Below, piece after piece: positions 49,601 to 61,200 of a stretch of 64,000 bases of DNA. The notes under the pieces were generated by a model. That model searched no databases and was not told the DNA's origin. It worked only from the letters and a program-made list of their open reading frames with translations. The stretch's first letter is position 1; each line of letters begins with the position of its first letter. The translations under genes were made by a program, and so were the position numbers. This DNA comes from Tubiluchus corallicola (lineage: Eukaryota > Animalia > Priapulida): the NCBI GenBank assembly GCA_030141605.1, contig JAQGDQ010000176.1:310001-374000 (forward strand). The letters are read 5' to 3'.

Positions 49601-52600
49601 CTAATGGGCTATTTTTTATCTATTAACAATGAAAAAATATTACATGATGAGCACTCCATTAACATTGCACATTGTTTACTGACATTCTACAATCTACATA
49701 TGTTTTGTTCTACACAGGCATCGTGGAAAACTGCAACACAAACAAAAATAAGATACTGGTGCTTAAAATAGAGTTTAAAGAAAATAGCACTAATTATCAA
49801 TGTGAAACATTTCAGACACTCACAAAATTGCACTGAATTTCAATCAGTGTTAAATTTAGTGCAATTTGGTTTCTTACTGACAACTAGGCAATTTTCTTTC
49901 TACTCTATTTTAATGAATAATGCTATGTTTTGTTTGTATTGCAATCCCCGACGAACCTCTAAACAAGGTGTCTGCAGAACTTAAGAGAAAAATAAGTAAA
50001 AGTACTTGAGAAGCCATAATTAAAAATTGATGAAAATACGCATAAAAAATTTCTGCATAACAGATGTAATTCACCTCTCGCCTTCGCAACATTTCTTCTT
50101 GTTGCTGCCTGAGTAGAAGCTCACGACGAGATCTCTCCTCCTCTCTCAAGCGCTCCTCCTCTTTTCGTCGCATCTCCAATTCACGACGCCTTAACTGTTC
50201 TTGTGCACGAGCTTCTTCCATTCGCCGCAATTCTTCTTGTCTTCGCATCAGATCTATAAAAATTTATTATTTCTACGGTTAAAATTAACACTAACTATAA
50301 AAGAATTAACCCATGCATAATATAATCTACAATTAACTTAACTGGCTATTATAGATAAAGCTCCATAATCTTGTTAATTTGAAGATGTATTAATTCTTGC
50401 AACATAATTTCTTATAAAATATACGCGTGGCAGAAAATAGTGTGAAGATCTTTACAAGAGTATCACAGCAAGTCAAATTGCTTTAGTTCATTCCTGACGA
50501 GTTTACATCTCCTTTCAAAAAAAATGTAAGTAAAAGCAAACCTTGTCTCATCAGCATCGTTTGGTGATCATGCCACGCCTGATCTTGCTCAGCCTCCATC
50601 TTTTCCCTTGCATCCTTTATGCTTTTCTCAAGTTGTTCTTTCTGCAACTTCTCCATATCAAACAGCTGTTTCCAACGATTACCAAATTCAAATTCAAATG
50701 AACCTGGTGCAGCAAAACGTGGAGGAGCTTCTCTTTCCCTAACAAAACGACATCAAAATTAAGAACCACAGTCAATCATAAAGGTGAGTAGTTACAGACT
50801 TGATGTTGGAAATTAAGTGAAAGTTGCGTTTGAGCTTTTAAACAAATTTGGCAGAAATACAGAAAATATTTCATAAAATACGCTTGTGGATTGGATAAAC
50901 ATTATCAAATGTTCCACTTCTGTGAAGTTTTTTTGAACTACTTTAGGGACGTTTCAATCCTGTTGTAAACTTTGGGAATTAACAGACTGTTGTTGTCTGC
51001 AAAATAACTTTACTGCTTATATAAACTTTAACTAACAAGCTGCAAATCAAGGAGTGCATAAACCTATAATGTGATGACATGATTATTTCGTATAATCAGA
51101 TGCAGTGGGATACACACCTATGGTATTGCGGATTTTTGTTAATTGATTTCTCGGGGTAGCCGTCTTCTTCATCAAGTTGCACAGGCGCCTCAACGGTAAT
51201 TGGACATGGTGAACTACAATAATACATCGTTTTTAAACTTTATAGTTAATCATTTTCACATGAAGCAGTCAAAATACAGAATGGTTTATCAAACTATTAT
51301 TGTAACTGGTACATTATAGCAAACTGTTGGAAACCTATAACATAAATTAAATATTTCTATAATTCAATTCATTCTGCAGATGTTGTATAAAAACATTAGC
51401 CATAAGCCATATAAATGTAGTTAGCAGACAGACAGTGGTCAAAAACTAAAAAAAAAGTACACTGAAGATAATTTGCACATTGGCAATTTATAATAATATT
51501 TAGAGAAATTCATTTATACCAGAAAACCTTTGGTTCCTTACCTGGTTAATAAAAACACACCCTCATTGACTTTCTGCATAGCATTCTGAGCTGCATTTTT
51601 ACGTTCAAATTCTATAATTCCATCTCCTGTCGGTCGACCACGATCATCAACAATTACAACTGCTCTTTCAACTTTACCAAACTACAAAAATAAGATTCCA
51701 ATTTAACATAAATTATATACATATATATATATGTATATATATAACCTGCAACTGCACAGCATCATATACAGTAACTCAGTAACAAGAAGCCACAGACTGC
51801 AAAGGACAACAATATTTCCAACTTTCCAGACTCTACTGTAAGTTTTCAAAAAAAAAGTAAATTACAAGATCGACAAACAAAGCAAGATAAAAACTGCATT
51901 TAGTTAAGTCAAACAAAACTGAATTCGTATTCTAAGAGTCTTGCTCAGCAAACAGCCATTTGTAGAAAAAACTTTGTACTTAAAAGTGATTTACAAACTT
52001 TCAGCCAAAAGCAAATATTATGGTGTGTAAAATCAATGGTGTTATTTGTGTTTAGCATTTTTGGTTTAATTTTGTTAAACTTCTGAGTGGAAGGTGAGAA
52101 TAATTTTCAATGGTACGATAATATTAAAAGCTTGTAACTATGGTATTCTCCAGCTGTGCAAAGGTGCAACGTTAAAATTTTCACTCACATTTAACCATAG
52201 CAATTGAACCAAGCTCTAGAAACCAATCATGAATAATTAAGCACTTATTTCACAAAACAGAAAAATATGTATTTAATTACAGCTAGTATGTGTTTACAAA
52301 AATACAAACAGACAAAAGATACAAATTATATATTAAGCAATCTGTCCAAGACATATTTACAGAAGCACCATGAAAATCTCCAAATCCTAAACTTACTGCA
52401 CATAAGTGTCTTACAACTACATAATACTTATGTTAGAGGTGCATGGGTTAGGAATCTTTGAAACCGATATTTTCCCATGAAACGTTTCCCGATCATTGAC
52501 CGATATGGATCGATCAATAAACAAATGTGTACTATTGATAAAGATACCGTACTGAATGAAGCCAGCATTTTACCCTAATGATTTTTCAGTTTCTAATATT

Positions 52601-55301
52601 TCAGAAAAATTCTACGCCACAGCGATCCTTTTACTACGTTGTAGTCTATTTCTTTCACGGACATATGATATCACAGTATCTTTGCAAACATGTACTCGTA
52701 GCTAACACGGAACCATTTAAGGGTGCAAAATAAAATACCAGCATCTTAATAACAAAATTAAAAATGCCTTACCACACTGACGCAAGTATTTTTGTATTTT
52801 GTAATAAATTATATTAGTTTTGCCCGACGCAGATTCCACTTTAAATTTTACAAATTACGAAGGTTGGTTAGCAGCGACCATCAGTCATTCGAGTTTTCTG
52901 ATCTAATCTTTAGATTTTTACCCAATACCGTATGATTGCCGAAACCTCTTCATGGGCCACCGATCACCGAAACCTCTTCATGGACCACCGATCACCGAAA
53001 CCTCTTCATGGACCACCAATCACCGAAACTGGATTGAATCATTACACCTCTAACTTACATATGAAATCATGCTTTAAAAAATAAAAACTTACTCTAGAAA
53101 ATGCCTCCTCCAACACTTCGTTAGATACTTGTGGATTCAGATTTTTCACTCGAATGGCTGCTGTGTGTGTAGCAAATCGAACTCTAATCACACGTCCTTT
53201 GTGCATTGTTCCATCAAGCTCCACCTTAGCACGCTCTGCATTATATTTTGTGTCCTAAATTAAAATGCACACTATAATTTAAGAAAAATCAATAACCGGT
53301 TAATCCAACATTTGAATTTAATTTAATAAAAAGCAAGTAGTGACAAGGCTTAGCAGTAGAGCTGTCATGTTTACACGTGTAAACGAGACAATTCAGCTTG
53401 GTTCCTCTCTTTTTGTAAACGATAAACTGTTTCCCTCCAGTCTACTTCTAAAATGACTTCACAATGGCAACAATGTTACGACTTAAAGACAAGAAAAGGG
53501 GTACCCCAAGTATGTTTCAGAAAAATTGCCTTAAAAATTATATTACTTTACAGCATTTTATCGTACTCGCCTTACAAGGAATTTTTGTATGTTTTCATTT
53601 TAAATCTCCATCAATACTGTTTCGAAGTCACTATTACATGACGTCACGTACTCAAACGTAAATCAGGGGAATAAAAGCCAGTGTTAAATTATATCCTAAA
53701 TTTTCCATGCAAATCTATATTACTTAGCATTTCGCTTACCTGCTGGAAAGACTTATGTAACTAGAATAATTTAAGGTGTTCATGTCAATTGGTAAAATGT
53801 TGCTGGTTCACCCTCTAGGGTACACCACTTACTAACCCAAAACGTGTTTTTAATCTTATCAATTGACAAGATACAGTAATTCAAAATTTTACTTAGTAAA
53901 ATGTGTGCTATGCATGCTCTGATTATTTGTCAAACTGAACGCAATGTAATCTAAACTTGTTTCAAATGACCTACCATTAAAATGCTATGCCTAACGGTCA
54001 TCACGGAAGTTTAAATTTACAAGCGTTACTGCCAATGCAAGCCCTGCATGCAAAAAGGCAGTAAGTAAGTAGTATAAAATTTAGAGATTTCTACTCTAAA
54101 GCCCTCACTATTATACCAATGACTAGCTGGCTATGCTTTCCAACCTGGAATGTGCAACATGGGGGAAAACACTTGAATAGACTGGTTCATAAGTTTTAGA
54201 ATACATGCCGAACACACACATATCGCACAGCGGAAACAAAGGGGAATGTGCCAAAGCAGACAGCTGCTTCAATACTAGGCATAACGTAATATCAGAAAAA
54301 TAAAACAAGTTACAAGCAGGGTCCGGGCAATTATACTTAGTGTTTCTCACGGGTCAGGTAACTCGGGTTACTGTAAGCAATAATTAATCAGTCCAGTCAA
54401 GGTGGTGATAATTAATCATAGCAGCAAGACACTAGTGTAACTAGACTCACTAGACCGGCGTTTCAAGTTAGATCACACAGATAAAAGTAAATGTAATGAT
54501 TACTTCTACTTTATACTTAAAACAGAGAATGCAGCTTTCATTGATTTAGTATGATCAAATAAAAATACTTCCAGTAATACGTTAATTATTAAATAAGAAA
54601 ACTGATGTTTTTAAAAGCATTATGATTTGACAAACCACATCTCAACTTACCAGACGAATGAAACCAAATCCTTTAGCTTTGTTCAAGTAAATCTCTGAAC
54701 ATTCACCATATTTTTCAAATAGTGCCTTCATTTCTTCTTCTTCAGTGTCATTTGCAAAGTTTCCTACGAAAAGACGACATCTACCTGTAAACTTTTTTGG
54801 TTCCTTCTGTTTCTCATCAGGCATTTCTCCCTGGTCTGTCTTCTCCTCCTCTGGTTCATCGCGGTTTTGTCTTTGCCCCCTAGAACCTTCACGATAAGTT
54901 GACTGCCAAAAATCACTTCCTCCACCACGATGACCTCCTCGACCGCGGCCAGCGGCATTAGATGATCCTCGACTTCTGCCCGCATCAAATTCACGACTGC
55001 TCTCACCTCTTCCACCACGATCTTGATTGTAGCCTCTCGAAACATGATCACCTCCGTCACGACCAAATCCTCGCCTTTCACCACCATCTCGCTGATATCC
55101 ACCTCTACCACCATCACGAAATCCGCCTCTTCCGCCAGAGAGTCCACCACCCCGACCACGATATCCTCCTTGTCGTTGATCACGCTGGTGTGGTTCTCTA
55201 TCGCTACTTTCAGGTTTTGTGGTGGTAGAGTGCTCCTCAGGTGCTCCTTCTATTTTAACTGGCGTAATTGCAGGCACAGGTGCAGACAGAACTTCCGCCA
55301 T
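40605..55301 (-). CDS. NONO: DBHS-family RNA-binding protein (NONO/SFPQ/PSPC1/nonA/Hrp65-like): RGG N-terminus, 2 RRMs, NOPS, coiled coil, Gly/Pro tail, NLS
   Basis: Phase-consistent exons: 55301-54651, 53254-53093, 51681-51542, 51213-51118, 50738-50542, 50253-50075, 49496-49424, 47531-47464, 40883-40605. Motifs: [107 protein letters not shown]-terminal KRRRY. The symbol denotes the family; the gene is probably co-orthologous to NONO/SFPQ/PSPC1. Confidence 0.95.
45106..45813 (-). mobile_element. Tigger/pogo-like MITE, copy C (inverted)
   Basis: Starts TA+cagtaaactcttggttaacgacg. The reverse complement aligns with copies A and B and retains the uninterrupted aattcttttac site. Confidence 0.75.
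46970..47259. repeat. ~100-110-bp tandem repeat, 3 copies
   Basis: cataa.tgaaaa..gaatgca...ataaactaa.tag.tgaagcac..tacta.gcaa...tcaggtcactaa repeated three times. Confidence 0.9.
48551..49160. repeat. Degenerate ~160-180-bp tandem repeat, about 4 copies
   Basis: Units begin with caaaaa(a)t(g/a)acaaaaatc near 48557, 48719, 48869 and 49051 and share ctag.tgtgaataacttca...ttt.gg.ttt. Confidence 0.8.
52434..53052. mobile_element. hAT-type MITE in a DBHS intron, with an internal 28-bp tandem repeat (52939-53028)
   Basis: TIRs TAGAGGTG and CACCTCTA. Flanks acttatgt and acttacat form a degenerate 8-bp TSD. ccgaaacctcttcatgg.ccacc.atca occurs 3 times. Confidence 0.7.
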
Positions 55302-55699
55302 GTTTACCTAAAATACAATAATCACAGGCTCATTAATTATTAATGTAAATAAATTGCCACAAGTTGTACAGCTATTGTCTTCCTTACACAATTGAGAATA
55401 ACATGGTTGTCTTAAAATTGCCGTAACTTTTTATCTAATTCATAAACCAAATTTAGTTTATAAAATATAGAACAACAGCTTTCATTTGCTACATCACACA
55501 ACCACCTATGCAAAAAAAATTTACCCTCACGGGGGCCAAATATGGGGGTGTTCACTGTACTTTTACCCACAAAACAACACTAGAACTTGATGCAATGTTA
55601 CATATATATATATTCAACACCTCAAAGCAATTCAGAAGGGTTGTATTTAGTTAGCGCATGAGAACGACTTACTGCCTGTCTTTTCTAGAACAAAGATGT

Positions 55700-55820
55700 A
55701 ATACTCACCTTCGTGTACTGATTTGATAAATTTATTGAGTGTAGTGATTTGATACTCACCCTTACCTACTGGTGTGTACTGATTTGATACTCACCCTCAC
55801 CTATTGGTGTGTACTGATTT
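55700..55820. repeat. ~35-bp tandem repeat in the putative 5'UTR intron of the DBHS gene
   Basis: gatactcaccct.accta.tggtgtgtactgattt occurs twice, plus a partial copy. Confidence 0.85.
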
Positions 55821-56055
55821 TTTAATGCTTATGGCAAACATGACTTCACATTATAATACCGTATTTAACATTTACTAGAATATTTAACATAAATAAAGCA
55901 TGCAGAAAACAATGGATGGTAAAAAGCGATCATTTATCGCTGTTCATCAATTAACCCCTATCCCACACTAGTATATATTTAAATAAGTTATATTTTCAGG
56001 GCAACCCCGAGCAATTCCACCCCCAACTTTCCCGAACATTTTGAAAGGCACTCAC

Positions 56056-56680
56056 ACTAACAGTATTTTAATGCTTTTATTTCGGATTTTTTTCACAGTT
56101 TTCGCAATCAAGACAAATAACAAAATAATTTTCTTCTCGTCAACTCAACAATGGCACCGCTTTCCGCTAAAATCGTAATTCAGCAACCGAAGAGGCGCTC
56201 ACCGGGCTGCCGGAAATTGCCGGACAACAGAGCAACAAATAAAAAAATTACGTAATTGCATTATATGCAATTACATGTTTCAGGCAACTTTCTTTGAACG
56301 ACATTAGCAAAGTTTCGGTCGATTTTTGGAAAAAACCGTCCATATCAAAAAAGACAAAAACAAATATCACATCGGTATTCTTCGATATTTTCCGCGATCT
56401 AAAAAGCTGATCGCGCCTTGAGCGTTTCCCTGAACGAAAACGAGGTTACAGAGATTTTTGGGAAGATTTGTTTTATTGTGAAAATTTACGTAGTAAAGTT
56501 CTGTCATTGACGAATTGTAATGTTGTTGTTTTTTATATTTCTTTTCTTCAAATGAATTACTTTCTTATGAAAATTGGTTATGAACATAGACAGCCTCTTT
56601 CGCAGTTTTGGCGCTAGCTTTAAAGAGCAAAATTAATGAAGTTGTGGTTAATTATGTTTTTAAAGATGGCGGTATCTAAA
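56056..56680. promoter_or_regulatory. Putative bidirectional promoter and non-coding first exons between the DBHS and ZMYM genes
   Basis: Local CpG/GC enrichment, ETS-like CCGGAA near 56210, YY1-like aagatggcgg at 56663, and a minus-strand donor gtgagt at 56055. Lies between the divergent ATGs (55301 minus, 58222 plus), each preceded by a splice acceptor. Confidence 0.5.
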
Positions 56681-56959
56681 CTAAAAAAGTCATATTTATA
56701 TTTGCATGCCATTTAAACTCGTATTATTGTATAGTCGCTGTTTAAAAGTCAAAAGTGGTTCAGTTGTGGTCAGCAGTTTCTGTTCGTACAATTTCCCTTC
56801 AACTGCTTTTACTTACCCAAGGTTGTTAATCTTATAAATGCATTTCTCCTTTTGGTGTTTAATGGTAGAAATAGTACTGCTATCATGCTGTGTGCCGGTT
56901 TATTATTTACGAGTATTGATGTCAAATAACCTGGTGGAACTCTCCTATTGAACATGTTA

Positions 56960-57440
56960 TTTCATAGGCTAATAGACACATTTTAGAATGATAAAATGCT
57001 GTATTTCATCACGTAGTGCGAAAGTTCTTGTTCCTCTGCAGAAAGCTATGGTTAGACCAATACTTGACTACGTGTGCGTTGTTTAGTCACCTCGGTATGT
57101 GACTGTAAAAATGCTTTAGAAAGAACTAAATTGAAATCTAATAATTTGGCCGCTGATATTCAGCCAGACTCTGTGTCTTCTCTTTAAAAACATGCTGATG
57201 CTGTATATCTTGCTAACTGTTATAGAATCATCGGTGGTAATTCTATTTCATGTAGTAACAAATTTTTTGTAGACCACTAATTTTACATGGACACAACTCT
57301 AAATTGTTTAGGTTATAGAATGCTCTCGCATTAACATAATAGCCCACTTCTTTTCTCGTGTTGTAGGCCCTTGGAATTTATTTAATAGTGAAACTGTTGA
57401 AACATTAAATTTGTCTTAATTTCGTAAATTGATGAGGAGA
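56960..57440 (+). mobile_element. CR1/L2-clade LINE 3' remnant
   Basis: Degenerate frames resemble the CR1 ORF2 C-terminus: SSRSAKVLVPLQKAMVRPILDYVCVV*SP and FSRVVGPWNL. Confidence 0.7.
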
Positions 57441-58221
57441 GACCGTCAAAGACCATCTTGTGGTTACGTCTCTTAGACTTGGCAAGCAAGTTTATTAGAC
57501 ACTATCGGTGAACTATCGTTAGGTTACAGCCTACGTAAACTGAAATTCAACATATCATAAAAAAGGAAATATACATTTGCTACTTTAATGAGCTTGTTAG
57601 AAACGGGGTGGAGGAAACCATACTGTTATTGAGCCTTGCCACTCCTATAAGTATCTATAGATGACACCATATGGAATGTGTTAACTTGATAAGAATAACT
57701 GTTATGTGTTGTGTCTCACTATGAGTTAGACCCATGTTATTTTGAAATCAGTAATACTGCCAACTTAGTTAATACTAATCTAGAATGATGTATTGAACTG
57801 ACACTGATAGTGGTCTAGTTCTGCTTTAACGACAATACTATCTTTCGAGCATTGCCAAAGTTTGTTAGGTACACGAAATAACCATGTTGTAAGTCATGTT
57901 ATGTACATTATATATTTTGTCGATCTGGCTTGTCATCACATGCAAAGGAGTTTTGCTATCAAATCAAATAAATGCTAATTTAAATCAGTTGTAACAACTG
58001 TCAAGAAAGGAAGTATTCTAGCACATGTGTAAACTACAGACTGGCGCCTTTTATACCAATTGTATGCTATATCAGCTGCTCATGTGCTAAATATCTTCTA
58101 GTTTCATCAATTTACTAATATCTGTGACACACCAAGAAAATATTTTCCAGCTGAATAGCAGAAAAACTTTAAAAAATTTCCTACACATTAAAATTGTTTT
58201 TTAAGGCATTCACTCGTTAAA

Positions 58222-61200
58222 ATGTCTGATGTTGCCCCACTGGGAGCAGATGACAGTAAAAATGTAGCAAGTGAAAGAGCTATTGCTGGTGTTGTGGCAG
58301 AGTCCACAGAAGAACAGTTTATGGGAGAGAATACTGAACAATCAGGTAAATTTGCTTCTACTATATATCTAATTCAGCGGTTCCCAAACTTTCTCAGACA
58401 GTTACCCAAATCGGGAAACCCGGTCGTGTCCATTACCCCCCACCTAGTACTACTTCTCCAACTCAAAAAGTAAACACACGTATATGCTACGTAATATGCA
58501 TTACGAGCGAAGTATTAAAAATTTTCAGAGGGGTGCCCGTTACCCCCCCAAAAAAACATATTACCCCGGGGGGGGGGGGGTAATTTACCCCTACTTTGGG
58601 AACCACTTATCTAATTTATTTTGGTTCTGTGCAGTCTTTGGTCATTATACAAGCTCAACCTATTTTTAAGAAATCATTAGGATTAAGTATTATACTGCAC
58701 ATGTCAGCCTGTTTGCATTAAGCGCACATGAAGTCCATTCCTTAAAGTAGCCGTTTTCACAAGTATTCTATTTAATTCTATAACTGTAACAAAAAAGGAA
58801 GAATGCCCCTTTAGCATAATTGGCAAAAAATTGCTAAAGGCCACTTGATGTAGTTAACTGTTTAGCTGCAGTATACAATGTCTGATGTACATTATATCAG
58901 ACAGCTCGCTATTATGATATCCTTCATAAACTGACATTAGAATAGCTGCTCATTTTAACATCTTTTACTGCATTTACAATAGTCTATCAGTAGTGTTTCG
59001 TTCTTCAGCAACCACACACAAAAAACGCTGGCTAAAAAGACTGCTGATTTGCCAATATATTAATGACATCAAGTTTGTTACTGAAAGTAAAGTTATAATA
59101 AATTTTATAGGTTCGGTTGAATCAAACATAAAACAAACATGTAGTGACAACCATCACTGTGAACGCCAGCCATCTCATCATAACATTGAGCAGCCTCCAG
59201 GTAGTGGCAGCCAACTTGCAGATGAGACTCCGGGTATAATAGCTGTGCCAGCAATAGAGGAAAGTGATAGTGAAGATGAGGGTGAGCATGGTGATATGAT
59301 TCAAAATGGCTTTGTGCCATCTGATGTGAATGGTGAGAGTGATGCTGAGGAAGCCTGTGATGAAACTGCATCATCCGTAGCTCAAGAATCTACAATTGGC
59401 GAAAGTGAAGAAATCTCAGCCGCAAAAGAAATCAGTGCATCTGGCGATCAAACAATGGAGCCTGCACTTCAGCAAGACAGAGAACTTGCAGAAAAACAAA
59501 CTGATGAAACTGCTGCTGTAACTGAAAAAACTGCAGTGCAGAGTGAAGGTGAAAGCCTTTCCAGTACCTGTGTTGCTACTGAAACGGAAAAAACTAAAAA
59601 ACCTCACAACACTGATACGTCAAAGAGTCACGGTGATAATGTGAACACAGCTGTGGATGATTCAAGTAGTAAGGAAGATGAAATAATTACTGAGGACACC
59701 AATACTGAAAGACAGCATTCCAGATCAGAGGAAACTCATAGTAGTACAACAGCACAGAGTGATTCTAATCTCGGTGACAAACTGTCTGAAGACTTTTCTG
59801 GACAATCTGAAAAGTTTGTTGAAACTGTTCTTACACAGGCAGAAGGCAATAAGAATACTGAACGCAGCGAGCCTATAGAAGAGGACAAATCTAATAAGAA
59901 CACTGAAAATTTGTCTGCTGCTTTAGATAATGACGAGCCAATGGAAATTGATCAGTCTGACAAAAGGAGTGAAGGTGCATCTGCCGCACAACGCACAGAA
60001 ACAAATGTAAGCGCTTCAGAAAATCAAGGAAGTTCAGAAAATTTGAATGAAAATCACAGTCGGCAGTTGAGGGGCTCTAAAGCTACTGATAAGGACATGT
60101 ATTTTATATGATAAGCTTAAAGGAAGACCGGACGATTCTCTAGACTCGATCTCATTTTAATTTACTGTCCAAAATATACATTTTCTTACATATGAAAGTT
60201 AGCAATTCTTTCTTATATTTGAATAATTAGCTTAGAAAGTTAATTATCTGCAACTGAACGCAGCTATTGTTTACGTCAGAAACTAACCAAAGTTTGTACA
60301 ACGGCAGGCATCCTTTGCGCATCAAGCACGTTTGCATAAGTGTTACTGTTTAGATGCATGCTGTCACGAAAATGGGCTCTATATCATATGACATCAGAAA
60401 CGAACACTGCAGTTCATGATCATGGTTATCACGGTACTGCCTTGTATTTATCGGCCACGCGCATGTGACAAAAAGGCGCCGTTGTCAATCTTAGTAGATT
60501 CACTGAGATGCGCGTAGCTTTGAAATTTGAATATCGAGGTAATTATTATTTAATCTAAGCTCTGATTTAAAAAAAAAGGTAATGTAGTTTTCAGTATTTT
60601 AGAGCATTATTTTTTCTGAGCATTCAATCATCCGGTTTTCCTTTGAATGAAAGGATTGTTTCGCCATGTATTTGTATATTATACCATTAGAAATTTGTGG
60701 TGTCTAATAATTTAAATTTATGGATGTCACTCTTGAGTGTGATGCTAAATTACAGCAAAGAAACAAGGGGGATATTTTACATGAAGTCATTAAATACATG
60801 TGTACTTGTCAGCAGTATCTTACTTAGCCACCAGTTTTAATTCTAAACTAATTAAATTTGCATATAGAAGTTATTTATCATTCATCTATCAATATTATGA
60901 TGGTATGTGTCTATGTAATGATGAAGGCATGTACTTAAAGGTTGCAAGCAGTGTTCTGTTTAGCAGATTTCTGATAGAAGCAAAATTATTTTTTTACTTT
61001 TTTATTTTTAGCTTTGCAGCAAGAAAGATCTGTCTATGGTACCCTCAGTTAAATCAGAACCAAATGACAAAGATTACGTGAGTATTACGTAATTACTATG
61101 CATTTGTTGTTATGTATATGATTTTAATTTGCTGTTAATAATGAATTATTGTGTTGTGAAACAACATTTTTATTAATGATTGTTAAGGGATGTTGAACTT

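Noticed and set aside
52939-53028. 28-bp repeats resembling a CRISPR array
   Set aside because: Contiguous tandem units without unique spacers, inside a eukaryotic MITE.
54764-55343. Overlapping alternative-frame and antisense ORFs
   Set aside because: By-products of the Gly/Arg-rich DBHS exon composition.
59105-59607. Antisense ORFs over ZMYM exon 2
   Set aside because: Shadow ORFs of an acidic low-complexity exon.
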